A DNA stretch of 64,000 bases from a virus (IMGVR_UViG_3300045988_099631:48492-112491), one strand, 5' to 3'. Shown: positions 16,834 through 24,706, counted from the first letter of the stretch. Program-made: numbers and translations. Notes: a model not told the origin generated them from the sequence alone.

Positions 16834-16861
16834 GGGACAAAACGCCGCGCGGCGGTAGATT
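16834..16861 (+). promoter_or_regulatory. cassette promoter copy 1
   Basis: GGGACA-16 nt-TAGATT, 31 nt upstream of ATG 16892. Confidence 0.55.
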
Positions 16862-16891
16862 AAAAAATAGAACGGCATGGAGGGTTTGAAA

Positions 16892-17509
16892 ATGGCGAAA
16901 ACATCAGCCGCGCAAATTAAAGCGGCGCAAAAATGGCAAGCGGCAAATGTGGATAGATTATCTTTAGTAGTTCCCAAGGGGCAGCGGGACGAGATCAAAA
17001 CGGCAGCGGCGGTGGCTGGTGAATCCGTCAACGCCTATATCATCGCGGCCATTCGGGCGCGGATGGGAAACGCGGACGGCGGCGCGGCTCCTGCGGCCGA
17101 GATCGTCCAGGCGGCGCAGCCGGTAGCAGAGGCGCAGCCGGGGCAGGTGCTCGACGGGGCCGCGCTGGAGTCGGCCAAGGTGGCAGCGGCGGCAGCCGGG
17201 GAGGATTTGCCCGCATTTGTGGCGCGGGCCGTCCGGCAGGCGGCGGACGCGGACGCGCGGGAGCGCCTGCTTGCGGTAGCGTGTAAAAATGCAAGTTTGC
17301 CGTCGTCAGCAGACGCAAGCGCGGCGGCTGAATCTTGCGAGACTTCCGCGTGTGATGTCGTGGACTGGGCCGCACGCACGGACCACCTGCGCGCGCTGCG
17401 AGAATCCGCCCGCGCGTCCGCTGGAATTCCAAGCCCTGAACAGACGGCTCCCGGAAATTCTGGGGACTTACCGCCTGAACAGGCAGGGTCGAAAACTCCG
17501 GGAGACTGA
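16892..17509 (+). CDS. Arc/CopG-type ribbon-helix-helix DNA-binding protein with Ala-rich tail
   Basis: ORF 16877..17509 trimmed to ATG 16892 after a GGAGGG SD. Contains LSLVVPKGQRDEIKTAAAVAGESVNAYIIAAIRARM. Confidence 0.7.
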   Translation: MAKTSAAQIKAAQKWQAANVDRLSLVVPKGQRDEIKTAAAVAGESVNAYIIAAIRARMGNADGGAAPAAEIVQAAQPVAEAQPGQVLDGAALESAKVAAAAAGEDLPAFVARAVRQAADADARERLLAVACKNASLPSSADASAAAESCETSACDVVDWAARTDHLRALRESARASAGIPSPEQTAPGNSGDLPPEQAGSKTPGD

Positions 17510-17594
17510 CGGCCTGAACAGGGACGCCGGAAAACTCTGGGGCTGATGGACGGACACCGAAAAAACTGAACAGAGTGCCCGGAAAACTTCGGGG
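17435..17594 (+). repeat. four degenerate tandem repeats (CCTGAACAG..CCGGAAAAYTCYGGGG), period about 39 bp
   Basis: Repeat starts at 17435, 17474, 17513 and 17565. The array straddles the stop of the RHH gene. Confidence 0.7.
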
Positions 17595-17598
17595 TATA

Positions 17599-17636
17599 GC
17601 AGCGCTTAGCGAAAGCCGGGCGCTGCTTTTTCTTTT
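17599..17636 (+). terminator. intrinsic terminator
   Basis: GCAGCGC-loop-GCGCTGC followed by TTTTTCTTTT. Confidence 0.6.
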
Positions 17637-17666
17637 GCGTTCTCCGAAAATTTTTTGCCGATGGCC

Positions 17667-17693
17667 GGGACAAATTGAAAAATCGCGTAGATA
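17667..17693 (+). promoter_or_regulatory. cassette promoter copy 2
   Basis: GGGACA-15-TAGATA, upstream of ATG 17748. Confidence 0.55.
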
Positions 17694-17747
17694 TAAAGAC
17701 AGAAAAAGCCGCGCACGAAGCGCGGCCAATGAAAAGGAGCGAACGAA

Positions 17748-18092
17748 ATGATTATTGATTTGATTCTCGACCGAGTAAACGGCAAGCCCTACGTCCCCGC
17801 CGACTTCTACCGTAGCGTTGCGGAGTATGGGACGGTCTTCCCGGAGATCGTCTTCCCCATCACGGCGGTGCTCGACGGCGGCGCAGAAGCCGACGTGCGG
17901 CGCGTCCTCTGCGAGTATATCAAGAAAAACGACTACAACCCGGAACTGTGCGGTTACGTCCGCAGCGTGAAGTGGCTGGAGCCTGACGCGCTGCCGTTGA
18001 ATCCGATCTGCGTTGACTGCAAACGACGCGGCGCGACCTGCGACGGTACGACTTGCCAATCGTGGACGGGCTGTGTTTACCGCAAAATATGA
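17748..18092 (+). CDS. hypothetical protein
   Basis: ORF in track, with its own cassette promoter and SD. Confidence 0.65.
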   Translation: MIIDLILDRVNGKPYVPADFYRSVAEYGTVFPEIVFPITAVLDGGAEADVRRVLCEYIKKNDYNPELCGYVRSVKWLEPDALPLNPICVDCKRRGATCDGTTCQSWTGCVYRKI

Positions 18093-18100
18093 TACGCCCG

Positions 18101-18137
18101 GCGGCGCGGTTGTGATTCACTTCCGCGCCTTTTTTAT
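18101..18137 (+). terminator. intrinsic terminator after 17748..18092
   Basis: GGCGCG-loop-CGCGCC followed by TTTTTTA (coordinates approximate). Confidence 0.5.
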
Positions 18138-18149
18138 GCGCATAATTAT

Positions 18150-18340
18150 TCACTGCTTTCGATGAACCAAGCAAACCAGAAGAACCGAGAAAACCAGAAA
18201 AACCAAAACCAAGGGAACAAACAAACGGAGCGAAACCGAGAAAACCAAAAAAATCAGGAATCGGGAGAAAACCAACAAAACCAGCAGATCACCGAAACCA
18301 GCTAAACCGAGAAAACTAGAGATTTCAGAAATTGAAAAAT
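18150..18340 (+). repeat. C+A-rich low-complexity tract of AACC(A/G)AGAAAA-type units
   Basis: Reads gaaccaagcaaaccagaagaaccgagaaaaccagaaaaaccaaaacc.. No plausible + strand ORF. Confidence 0.7.
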
Positions 18341-18354
18341 TTTCGCAAAAAGCT

Positions 18355-18382
18355 GGGACAAATCCGAAATACATGGTAGAAT
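18355..18382 (+). promoter_or_regulatory. cassette promoter copy 3
   Basis: GGGACA-16-TAGAAT, upstream of ATG 18437. Confidence 0.55.
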
Positions 18383-18436
18383 ATAAAATAGAACATCAGA
18401 TGAAGCAAAACAAACAGATTATGGAGGTATAACAAA

Positions 18437-18676
18437 ATGAAACTAGCTGGAGAGTGGACAGTTCGCGGAGCTTTGCGCCATGATGGCCTGTTTACACTCA
18501 ATGGTCCAGATGATAGTCAGCTCTATCTGCCCGTTGGGGCGGAGGGCTGGAAGGATGGATGCAACGCCTTCAATCTTTCCACGCAGGAATTTGAGTTGAT
18601 TCCTGCACACGCGGATGTTTTTGAGGTTGACATCCTGCGTAGCCGCGCAAATTGGGAGACCGCCGATGCCGACTGA
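18437..18676 (+). CDS. hypothetical protein
   Basis: ORF in track with a cassette promoter upstream. Confidence 0.6.
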   Translation: MKLAGEWTVRGALRHDGLFTLNGPDDSQLYLPVGAEGWKDGCNAFNLSTQEFELIPAHADVFEVDILRSRANWETADAD

Positions 18677-18810
18677 CGTCCGGCGCCGCGCCAACAATAA
18701 GTGGGACGCCGCCATCGCTTGGGCAGTTGAAACAGCCGAAAGTTTTTTGAAATAAGCGCACACAATTACAGCGCCGGAAGAAATTCCGGCGTTTTTTCTT
18801 TATCCAGTGC

Positions 18811-18837
18811 GGGACAAACGCCGATTTCCGGTAGAAG
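18811..18837 (+). promoter_or_regulatory. cassette promoter copy 4
   Basis: GGGACA-15-TAGAAG, upstream of ATG 18876. Confidence 0.55.
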
Positions 18838-18875
18838 TAAAGATAGAAAGATAAAACAAACGGAGGTACTTACTC

Positions 18876-19214
18876 ATGACAAACGCAGCAATCATTCTGG
18901 ATGAATCCGTTCGGTTAATGAACGATGGCATTCTTAAAGGCACGGGCCGATTCCTCGACGTGGTAAACGAGGACGGAAGCACCAAAAAACTCGAAATCCC
19001 CGAAGAAATCCACACGTTCAACGCTTGGAAGCAGCGTGGCTTCATCGTCCGCAAGGGTGAACACGCCGTCGCGTCTTTCCCGATTTGGAAGTATGTCACC
19101 CGTAAGAATACCACTGACGAGCCGCTGGAGGCCGCAGAAGCGGCGAACGGGTTCTGCCGGATGAAACTATCCCATTTCTTCACTGCGCGGCAAGTGGAGT
19201 CTCTGAGGGCGTGA
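18876..19214 (+). CDS. ArdC-N/DUF1738-like ssDNA-binding domain protein (tentative)
   Basis: Contains HTFNAWKQRGFIVRKGEHAVASFPIWKY. Has a cassette promoter and a terminator downstream. Confidence 0.6.
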   Translation: MTNAAIILDESVRLMNDGILKGTGRFLDVVNEDGSTKKLEIPEEIHTFNAWKQRGFIVRKGEHAVASFPIWKYVTRKNTTDEPLEAAEAANGFCRMKLSHFFTARQVESLRA

Positions 19215-19220
19215 GAACAC

Positions 19221-19247
19221 AAAAGGGGATTCTTCCCCTTTTCCTTT
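19221..19247 (+). terminator. intrinsic terminator after 18876..19214
   Basis: AAAGGGGA-TTCT-TCCCCTTT followed by a T-rich tail. Confidence 0.65.
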
Positions 19248-19325
19248 CCCCCATACCCCCTTTCTATTACCCTTTCTTTCCTTAAATATTCTTAGATACA
19301 GAAATAAGATAATAAGAATAAGAGG

Positions 19326-19371
19326 GTAGATGTGTTGTAGACGTTCGTGTAGATTCTACAGTGGAGTCTAC
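19326..19371. repeat. five GTAGA pentamers at 11-12 bp phasing (three direct, two inverted)
   Basis: GTAGA at 19326, 19337 and 19349. TCTAC at 19355 and 19367. Confidence 0.7.
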
Positions 19372-19469
19372 AGCAAACAGTGAATATACATCCGCGCATA
19401 TACAAAAAGCCGCCCCATTTGGGACGGCTTGCTTTTTACCTTTGTGGCACATATTTTATGTGATTTTCT

Positions 19470-19496
19470 GGGACAAATCCGTTTTTCCGGTAGAAG
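19470..19496 (+). promoter_or_regulatory. cassette promoter copy 5
   Basis: GGGACA-15-TAGAAG, upstream of ATG 19536. Confidence 0.55.
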
Positions 19497-19535
19497 TATA
19501 AGTGTAAAGAAAAAGCAAAAAACGGAGGCGCAAAA

Positions 19536-19649
19536 ATGAAACACTATTACAAATCCAGCGGCTTTCAGATGTTCCTCACGGGCGCAGCCATCGCAGTCAT
19601 GTTCATCATTATCCTGTGCGCGGACTCGCTCATCGAGTTCATTCTGTGA
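19536..19649 (+). CDS. small membrane peptide (37 aa)
   Basis: Below the ORF-track cutoff, with an ACGGAGG SD. Own translation: MKHYYKSSGFQMFLTGAAIAVMFIIILCADSLIEFIL. Confidence 0.45.
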   Translation: MKHYYKSSGFQMFLTGAAIAVMFIIILCADSLIEFIL

Positions 19650-19662
19650 GGGGGGCGGCATC

Positions 19663-20016
19663 ATGCAATTCATTGCAAACAACGACGCAAAAAACGTCTT
19701 CGGCTGTTTTGAAAACGTCGAGCAGCACGCCCTTGCATTTTCCGAAGAAGCCGCTGCGAAACTGTTTGATTCAGGCATGAAGATCTTCCGGGGCGATGCA
19801 AGCACATTGAACGCCCTAAAGATCTGTTTCACTGGTAGCTTGACGATCTGCATATACCGTGAAATTGCGGACATTGACAACGGCGTTTTTCGCGTCCGTA
19901 TCTGGGGCCGACCGAACGGCTACGACGAAAAAACCATGAGCAGGCAAGCGCTCAAAAAAATGGTGCTTTTCAAAATTTCGCAGGAATTTGCAGAGCCTGC
20001 CGAGCAGATCGCATAG
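19663..20016 (+). CDS. hypothetical protein
   Basis: ORF in track. Confidence 0.6.
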   Translation: MQFIANNDAKNVFGCFENVEQHALAFSEEAAAKLFDSGMKIFRGDASTLNALKICFTGSLTICIYREIADIDNGVFRVRIWGRPNGYDEKTMSRQALKKMVLFKISQEFAEPAEQIA

Positions 20017-20028
20017 GGAGGAATCACC

Positions 20029-20187
20029 ATGAACCAGTACCGCAAAACCTTTGAATTTTTCAGCACAGAACAGCAAGCCGCCGCATTTGTGGCGGCTCGC
20101 AAAAAGCAACGCCGCAAGGCGCACATGACGCCGTGGCAGTCCGCCGACGGCAGAGAAAACAAGTTCATCGTCTGGTATTACATTTGA
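20029..20187 (+). CDS. small basic protein (52 aa)
   Basis: Below the ORF-track cutoff, with a GGGAGG SD. Own translation: MNQYRKTFEFFSTEQQAAAFVAARKKQRRKAHMTPWQSADGRENKFIVWYYI. Confidence 0.45.
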   Translation: MNQYRKTFEFFSTEQQAAAFVAARKKQRRKAHMTPWQSADGRENKFIVWYYI

Positions 20188-20201
20188 GGGAGGAAAAAAC
20201 C

Positions 20202-20468
20202 ATGACCGTTTTCGTAGCCGTTCACCATTGGGATACGCCAGACAATGAGGGCGTGGAGATTCTGGGCGTTTTTGAAAAGATCGAGAAAGCCCGCGCGCAG
20301 ATTGTGGCCGGAGCCGGAGCCATCCGCGCGGAGTACGACGAAGATTTCTGGGACGAGGATATGTCGTGGGACGAACCCATGAGCATTCACCTCGGGCGGT
20401 GTGGACGCGACTATCTGGAACAGGCCACGGTCTACAGTTGGGAAATCTCCGAGCAGGAAGTTGAATAA
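20202..20468 (+). CDS. hypothetical acidic protein
   Basis: ORF 20133..20468 trimmed to ATG 20202 after a GAGGGAGG SD. Confidence 0.6.
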   Translation: MTVFVAVHHWDTPDNEGVEILGVFEKIEKARAQIVAGAGAIRAEYDEDFWDEDMSWDEPMSIHLGRCGRDYLEQATVYSWEISEQEVE

Positions 20469-20484
20469 AAAATACCGGCGCAGC

Positions 20485-20512
20485 GGGACAAATGCCACTG
20501 CGCCGGTAGATA
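20485..20512 (+). promoter_or_regulatory. cassette promoter copy 6
   Basis: GGGACA-16-TAGATA followed by the GGTGTAGAG block, upstream of ATG 20555. Confidence 0.55.
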
Positions 20513-20554
20513 TATAGGTGTAGAGAAAACCAAGAAAAACAGGAGGTTCCCAAA

Positions 20555-20920
20555 ATGAAAACCGCTGGATACTGGCCTTGCAGAAACGAGATCATCGCCG
20601 CGCACCTGTCCACCCCGCACAAATACGAGCCGTTCACGGAGCTTTTCGACATGGACCAGCTCGACGCCATCCGCGACAAATACGGCGTGGACCTTTACCG
20701 CGAGTGCTACGCCGACGCGCTGCACGAAGTCATGGAAGCCGCCAACATCACAACATATCTCCGCGCCCTGGGCGTTGAGTGCAAGCCGATCTTCACCCCG
20801 GACGACTGCCACGCGAATTTTATCGCCGTATTTTCCCTCGGCAACACGACCGCCCAACGTATCAACGAGATTGCCAGCAGAGCCGATCTTTGCGTTCTGT
20901 TCCAATGTCCAGTCCACTAA
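20555..20920 (+). CDS. hypothetical protein
   Basis: ORF in track, with a cassette promoter and a CAGGAGG SD. Confidence 0.65.
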   Translation: MKTAGYWPCRNEIIAAHLSTPHKYEPFTELFDMDQLDAIRDKYGVDLYRECYADALHEVMEAANITTYLRALGVECKPIFTPDDCHANFIAVFSLGNTTAQRINEIASRADLCVLFQCPVH

Positions 20921-20946
20921 CAAAAAACACAAAAATGAATGCAAGT

Positions 20947-20974
20947 GGGACAAAACGCACTTTCCCTGTAGCAA
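20947..20974 (+). promoter_or_regulatory. cassette promoter copy 7
   Basis: GGGACA-16-TAGCAA followed by the GGTGTAAAG block, upstream of ATG 21017. Confidence 0.5.
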
Positions 20975-21016
20975 TAAAGGTGTAAAGAAAACCAAGAAAA
21001 CAGGAGGTTCCCAATC

Positions 21017-21679
21017 ATGACGCAGTTTGAAATCTATCAGAAAATCGCCGACGCCGTGAACGCAGCATCCGGTTCCAAGAATCCCAAAATGACTATCGTA
21101 ACCGAAAGTGAGTTCGGCGGTGTGTACTTTTTGCACATCAACGCACATTCCGCAGATATCAAGCCTTATGCGCAGTACAAAGACGCGCTGACGATCTACT
21201 TCAAAAAGCGCGGCGGCCGCTCAGTCTATGGAATGCGCGTCTATGGTACAAAGCCCGTGGCAATCTTCTCCGGGTGGCAAGAGACAACATGGGAGCAGCC
21301 CAGAAGCTTCCTTTGCTTTGACAAGAATATGTTCTACGGTCTGGTTGATGGATTCCCGCAGGAGCAGAAGATTGCCGAGGAATCCGAGCGCGTTCACCTG
21401 TCCGAGATTCAGCAGAAGGGTAAGGTCTACAAGGTCGTCAGCATGAACCCGGATGACCCGCAGCATCGTATGATTGTCGAAACGTTTGAAACTGCCGAAC
21501 ACTTAAAAAAAGCATTTGAGACTTCCGGCGAGTTCCGCAGCGTATCGTGCCGGGCAGAATTGCAGGGTGCGCCGAATCTCAAGAACTTCTGCGGGCCGAT
21601 GTACGATGGGGAGGACGATCAGGGCCGCGCCGTCATCCGCTACGAAACGCAGGAGGTCTACGACATTCTCAGCGCCTGA
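21017..21679 (+). CDS. hypothetical protein
   Basis: ORF in track. Its promoter-leader cassette is nearly identical to that of 20555. Confidence 0.7.
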   Translation: MTQFEIYQKIADAVNAASGSKNPKMTIVTESEFGGVYFLHINAHSADIKPYAQYKDALTIYFKKRGGRSVYGMRVYGTKPVAIFSGWQETTWEQPRSFLCFDKNMFYGLVDGFPQEQKIAEESERVHLSEIQQKGKVYKVVSMNPDDPQHRMIVETFETAEHLKKAFETSGEFRSVSCRAELQGAPNLKNFCGPMYDGEDDQGRAVIRYETQEVYDILSA

Positions 21680-21692
21680 TTTTAAAAATGGC

Positions 21693-21720
21693 GGGACAAT
21701 CCCGCCTTTTCCCGTAGATA
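21693..21720 (+). promoter_or_regulatory. cassette promoter copy 8
   Basis: GGGACA-16-TAGATA, upstream of ATG 21752. Confidence 0.55.
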
Positions 21721-21751
21721 TAAAACCAGAACAGAAACCGGAGGTGCAACC

Positions 21752-21958
21752 ATGAAATACAGCAAAAAAACGGAACGTAAGCTTCTGGAAATTGCCATGC
21801 AGCATATGCCGCCCGTTGCAGATCGTGGAGACTTGAAAACGCGCAACTCAGACAGCGAGGACTTTCTCAATGTTGCTGTTTGGGGACTTCGGGACGCCCT
21901 GATGGAAGCATACGAACTCGGCAAGGATGAGAAGGGAGAAAACCGCCATGAAAGATGA
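21752..21958 (+). CDS. hypothetical protein
   Basis: ORF in track with a cassette promoter. Confidence 0.6.
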   Translation: MKYSKKTERKLLEIAMQHMPPVADRGDLKTRNSDSEDFLNVAVWGLRDALMEAYELGKDEKGENRHER

Positions 21959-22157
21959 CTACAGACTCGGCTTTGGGTATCTCGGAAATGGGCTGACGGT
22001 ATGGAACAGGGCGAAAGAGGTAAATCACGACTATCAGACGGTCGCCCACATATCCTCTAGCGGAGAAATCACCTACTACAAACAGGATCTTCCGCAGTGT
22101 GTCCGGGCGCACATAGAACAAGTTGCACAAGAAGAACGTGACCATAGAAGACTTTGA
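21948..22157 (+). CDS. hypothetical protein
   Basis: ORF 21927..22157 trimmed to ATG 21948 after a GGGAGAA SD. Confidence 0.55.
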   Translation: MKDDYRLGFGYLGNGLTVWNRAKEVNHDYQTVAHISSSGEITYYKQDLPQCVRAHIEQVAQEERDHRRL

Positions 22158-22191
22158 ATCGCACGATTTTAGATAGGAAGGGAGAAAAACC

Positions 22192-23388
22192 ATGTATTAC
22201 ATCATCAACCGAGAAACCGAGAAGCTGGAGCTTCATTTTGATAAATCCGAATACCAGGCGCTTTCTGACGATCAAAAATCCACCATCAAAAGCAACTTCC
22301 TCTTTTCAAGATACGGCGGCTGTTGGGTCAGCCGCGCAAAAATCCCGAACCTCTGGCGCGCAGAACAGGTTGCAAAGAGCCTTGGTGCGGAGAATCAGGG
22401 AAAGACGGGTGAGCTTCTTTCCTTCGAGGAAAAAATGGAGCGCAAAGCAGCCCGCGCGGAAGAACGAGCCGAGCGCATGGACGCGCGCGCCGATGCAGCA
22501 GAGCAGCGCGGCGAACAGCTGCAAAAGCCCATCAACGCCAGGCGCGGCGATATTGCGTTCTTCACCCAGCCCAACATCAACACATCCTCCGGGCGTACCT
22601 TCACGCGCCAGCGTGAAAGAATGTTTGCCGCCTTTGAGCGCGGCATGGACGAGTTCAAGAAATCGGAATACTACGCCGAACGTGCCGAAGCCGCCCGCAG
22701 AACAGCAGATGCTGCGAAAAAACCGAGCAAGGATTTCTGTTATCGCAGAGTGCAGGACGCAGAAAAGAACATCCGCGCCCAGAATAAAAACATGGACAAC
22801 TATCGCAAATATCTTTCCAAACTCGACGCAGGCGATACGCTCAAACGCTACGACGGAACAGAAATCACACGCGACGAAGTTCTGCAATGGATGGAAAACA
22901 GCGCCGAGCGCATCGAATCCGAAATCTCAAGGGCTTGCTATTATCAGTCCTGCATCGACGAGCATGGCGGCGTGCAGTTCAGCAAAGAGAACATCAAGCC
23001 GGGCTATGTCGTGAAGATCAAGCATTACAACGACTGCACCGTGCTGCGAACTGGCCCGAAGAACTTCACCTATCGAACGCCGAACGGATTCGACTTGACT
23101 GCCGCATACGCCGAAATTCTGGAAATCGTCAAAGCAGAGGAAACGACAAAGCCGACTCACCCATTCAAGGTTGGAGAAACATTTGAAATCGGCGCATATG
23201 TTGATGGACATCGCGTCAAACAGGTATGGGAAATTGTCAAATCGACCGCAACGACCGTCACGCTGAAAAACCAAACGACAGGCGAGAACATCCGAAGAAC
23301 ACCGAAAATCCGCTGGACGTGTGAGGGAGACAAGTGGGCGCTCTGCATCGGTGACTACATCGATAGCATGTTCTATCGTTCCATTTGA
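22192..23388 (+). CDS. DUF3560-like protein (tentative)
   Basis: 398-aa ORF. The coiled ERAERMDARADAAEQRGEQL segment followed by FFTQPNINTSSGRTFTRQRER is reminiscent of DUF3560 proteins of conjugative elements. Confidence 0.7.
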   Translation: MYYIINRETEKLELHFDKSEYQALSDDQKSTIKSNFLFSRYGGCWVSRAKIPNLWRAEQVAKSLGAENQGKTGELLSFEEKMERKAARAEERAERMDARADAAEQRGEQLQKPINARRGDIAFFTQPNINTSSGRTFTRQRERMFAAFERGMDEFKKSEYYAERAEAARRTADAAKKPSKDFCYRRVQDAEKNIRAQNKNMDNYRKYLSKLDAGDTLKRYDGTEITRDEVLQWMENSAERIESEISRACYYQSCIDEHGGVQFSKENIKPGYVVKIKHYNDCTVLRTGPKNFTYRTPNGFDLTAAYAEILEIVKAEETTKPTHPFKVGETFEIGAYVDGHRVKQVWEIVKSTATTVTLKNQTTGENIRRTPKIRWTCEGDKWALCIGDYIDSMFYRSI

Positions 23389-23407
23389 CAAAAAGTTTGC
23401 CGGAGGC

Positions 23408-23435
23408 GGGACAAAGTTCCCGCTTCCGGTAGATA
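23408..23435 (+). promoter_or_regulatory. cassette promoter copy 9
   Basis: GGGACA-16-TAGATA, upstream of ATG 23480. Confidence 0.55.
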
Positions 23436-23479
23436 CAAAAGCAGAACAGAAAAACCAAGAAAACTGGGAGGTACATAAA

Positions 23480-24067
23480 ATGGGCTGGACTTGGCAGTGT
23501 GCGAAATTCTACGATAGAAAGGGCAACATTGACCGCAAAGCAGAGTGCGACGATCTGTACACATGGATTGAAGAAAACGGAGACAAATGCCGCGTTTTGA
23601 AGTCCGCAATGGTGGGCGCGACGTGGTATGGCGCTTGTGAGAGAACCAGACCTGGCCAGAATCCATACGTTTTCGCTGGCGTGTGCCTGACGAGCGTAGA
23701 CAGCCGCGAATACTGCAACTTTGGTTACAAGGACATGGATGAATCCATGGGGCCTTGCGAACGGAAATGCCCGATTTCCATTCTGAATCTGCTTTCTCCG
23801 CGCGATGACGAATGGGCGTTGGAATGGCGAGAGGATTGCCGGAACAATGCGGTGCAAAAGGCTGCTGATAGGAAAAAACCGAACAGTCTGCAAAATCTCC
23901 CGCTTGGTGCGAAAATCACAGTTCAGAAGCGTGGTCAAAACATCGTGCTTGAAAAAGGAAGAATCAGCAACCGCAAGAATCCGGTATGGATTTCGCGGGC
24001 TGAGAATCTGTACTATCCGCTTTCCCACATCAAGCGGTACGGTTATGAACTCTGCAATCCCGCCTAA
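23480..24067 (+). CDS. hypothetical protein
   Basis: ORF 23321..24067 trimmed to ATG 23480 after a GGGAGG SD and a cassette promoter. Confidence 0.65.
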   Translation: MGWTWQCAKFYDRKGNIDRKAECDDLYTWIEENGDKCRVLKSAMVGATWYGACERTRPGQNPYVFAGVCLTSVDSREYCNFGYKDMDESMGPCERKCPISILNLLSPRDDEWALEWREDCRNNAVQKAADRKKPNSLQNLPLGAKITVQKRGQNIVLEKGRISNRKNPVWISRAENLYYPLSHIKRYGYELCNPA

Positions 24068-24133
24068 ATTTCCGAGTCATGTAGAAATTTCAGAATCCAC
24101 ATGTTAGAATGGGATGAGATTGGAGGGATGCCG

Positions 24134-24364
24134 ATGTTCTACAAACCCGGCGAGTACCGGATAAACCAAGAAAACGAATTTATTTCCGCCTCGACTGGAT
24201 TGCCGCTGAAACCAGGCAATCTGGCGGCGCTGGAAGCTTTCTGTGACGCGAATGATATTTCCCCTATCGAAACCTACGGGAAGGAAATCGTTTCACAGAA
24301 CCGCGAAGTAGTCGTTGTGAACGGTGTGAAGAAACTGTACAAGTCTGCCGTCGTGCGGATTTGA
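24134..24364 (+). CDS. hypothetical protein
   Basis: ORF 24101..24364 trimmed to ATG 24134 after a GGAGGG SD. Confidence 0.55.
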   Translation: MFYKPGEYRINQENEFISASTGLPLKPGNLAALEAFCDANDISPIETYGKEIVSQNREVVVVNGVKKLYKSAVVRI

Positions 24365-24468
24365 ATCAACTTCGTGAGGTCACGAAATAGATTGCAAGCA
24401 GGTCGCAAGTTGGTCGCAACACTCCATTCAACTATGGGAAAATAGCACGCGAAACGCACGAAAACCGC

Positions 24469-24522
24469 ACGCAAGTTGTAAGCAAGTTATACGCAAGTTG
24501 TAAGCAAGTTATACGCAAGTTA
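24469..24522 (+). repeat. 22-bp tandem repeat ACGCAAGTTGTAAGCAAGTTAT x2.4
   Basis: Two perfect units (24469-24490, 24491-24512) plus a partial third. Confidence 0.9.
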
Positions 24523-24562
24523 CCATTTCCGCGAGGCCACGAAAATGGTTGAAAACCAAGAA

Positions 24563-24600
24563 AACCAGAGCCATCCACGTTCGGACGGTTCTGGTTTTCA
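24563..24600. terminator. bidirectional hairpin terminator
   Basis: Long hairpin AACCAGAGCCATCC..GGACGGTTCTGGTT flanked by an A-run (5') and a T-run (3'). Confidence 0.55.
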
Positions 24601-24628
24601 TTGACACATTCAGTTTTTGCGGTATAAT
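24601..24628 (+). promoter_or_regulatory. canonical promoter driving the antisense RNA
   Basis: TTGACA-16-TATAAT. Confidence 0.6.
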
Positions 24629-24706
24629 GAAGGAAAAGGGGCGCTGCCACAAGCGGTCAGCCAAGGATGCCTATGGGATTTGACCTAACCTTTATGCTGA
24701 TGGCGG

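Noticed and set aside
17040-18059. 339-aa - strand ORF (also 17035..17673)
   Set aside because: The translation is Arg/Pro/Ala low-complexity. It lies antisense to well-supported + strand genes, a promoter cassette and a terminator.
18150-18374. 74-aa hydrophobic - strand ORF (LVFLVFS repeats)
   Set aside because: It is a translation artefact of the C+A-rich tandem tract, with no SD or start context.
19816-20679. 287-aa - strand ORF (also 20432..21148 and 19368..19880)
   Set aside because: These are shadow ORFs opposite cassette-driven + strand genes. They have no SD and an implausible composition.
24469-24522. CRISPR array
   Set aside because: The 22-bp units are contiguous (no spacers) and number only 2.4 copies. 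The 32.8-33.8 kb region has no constant-length repeat or spacer periodicity. No cas genes are present.
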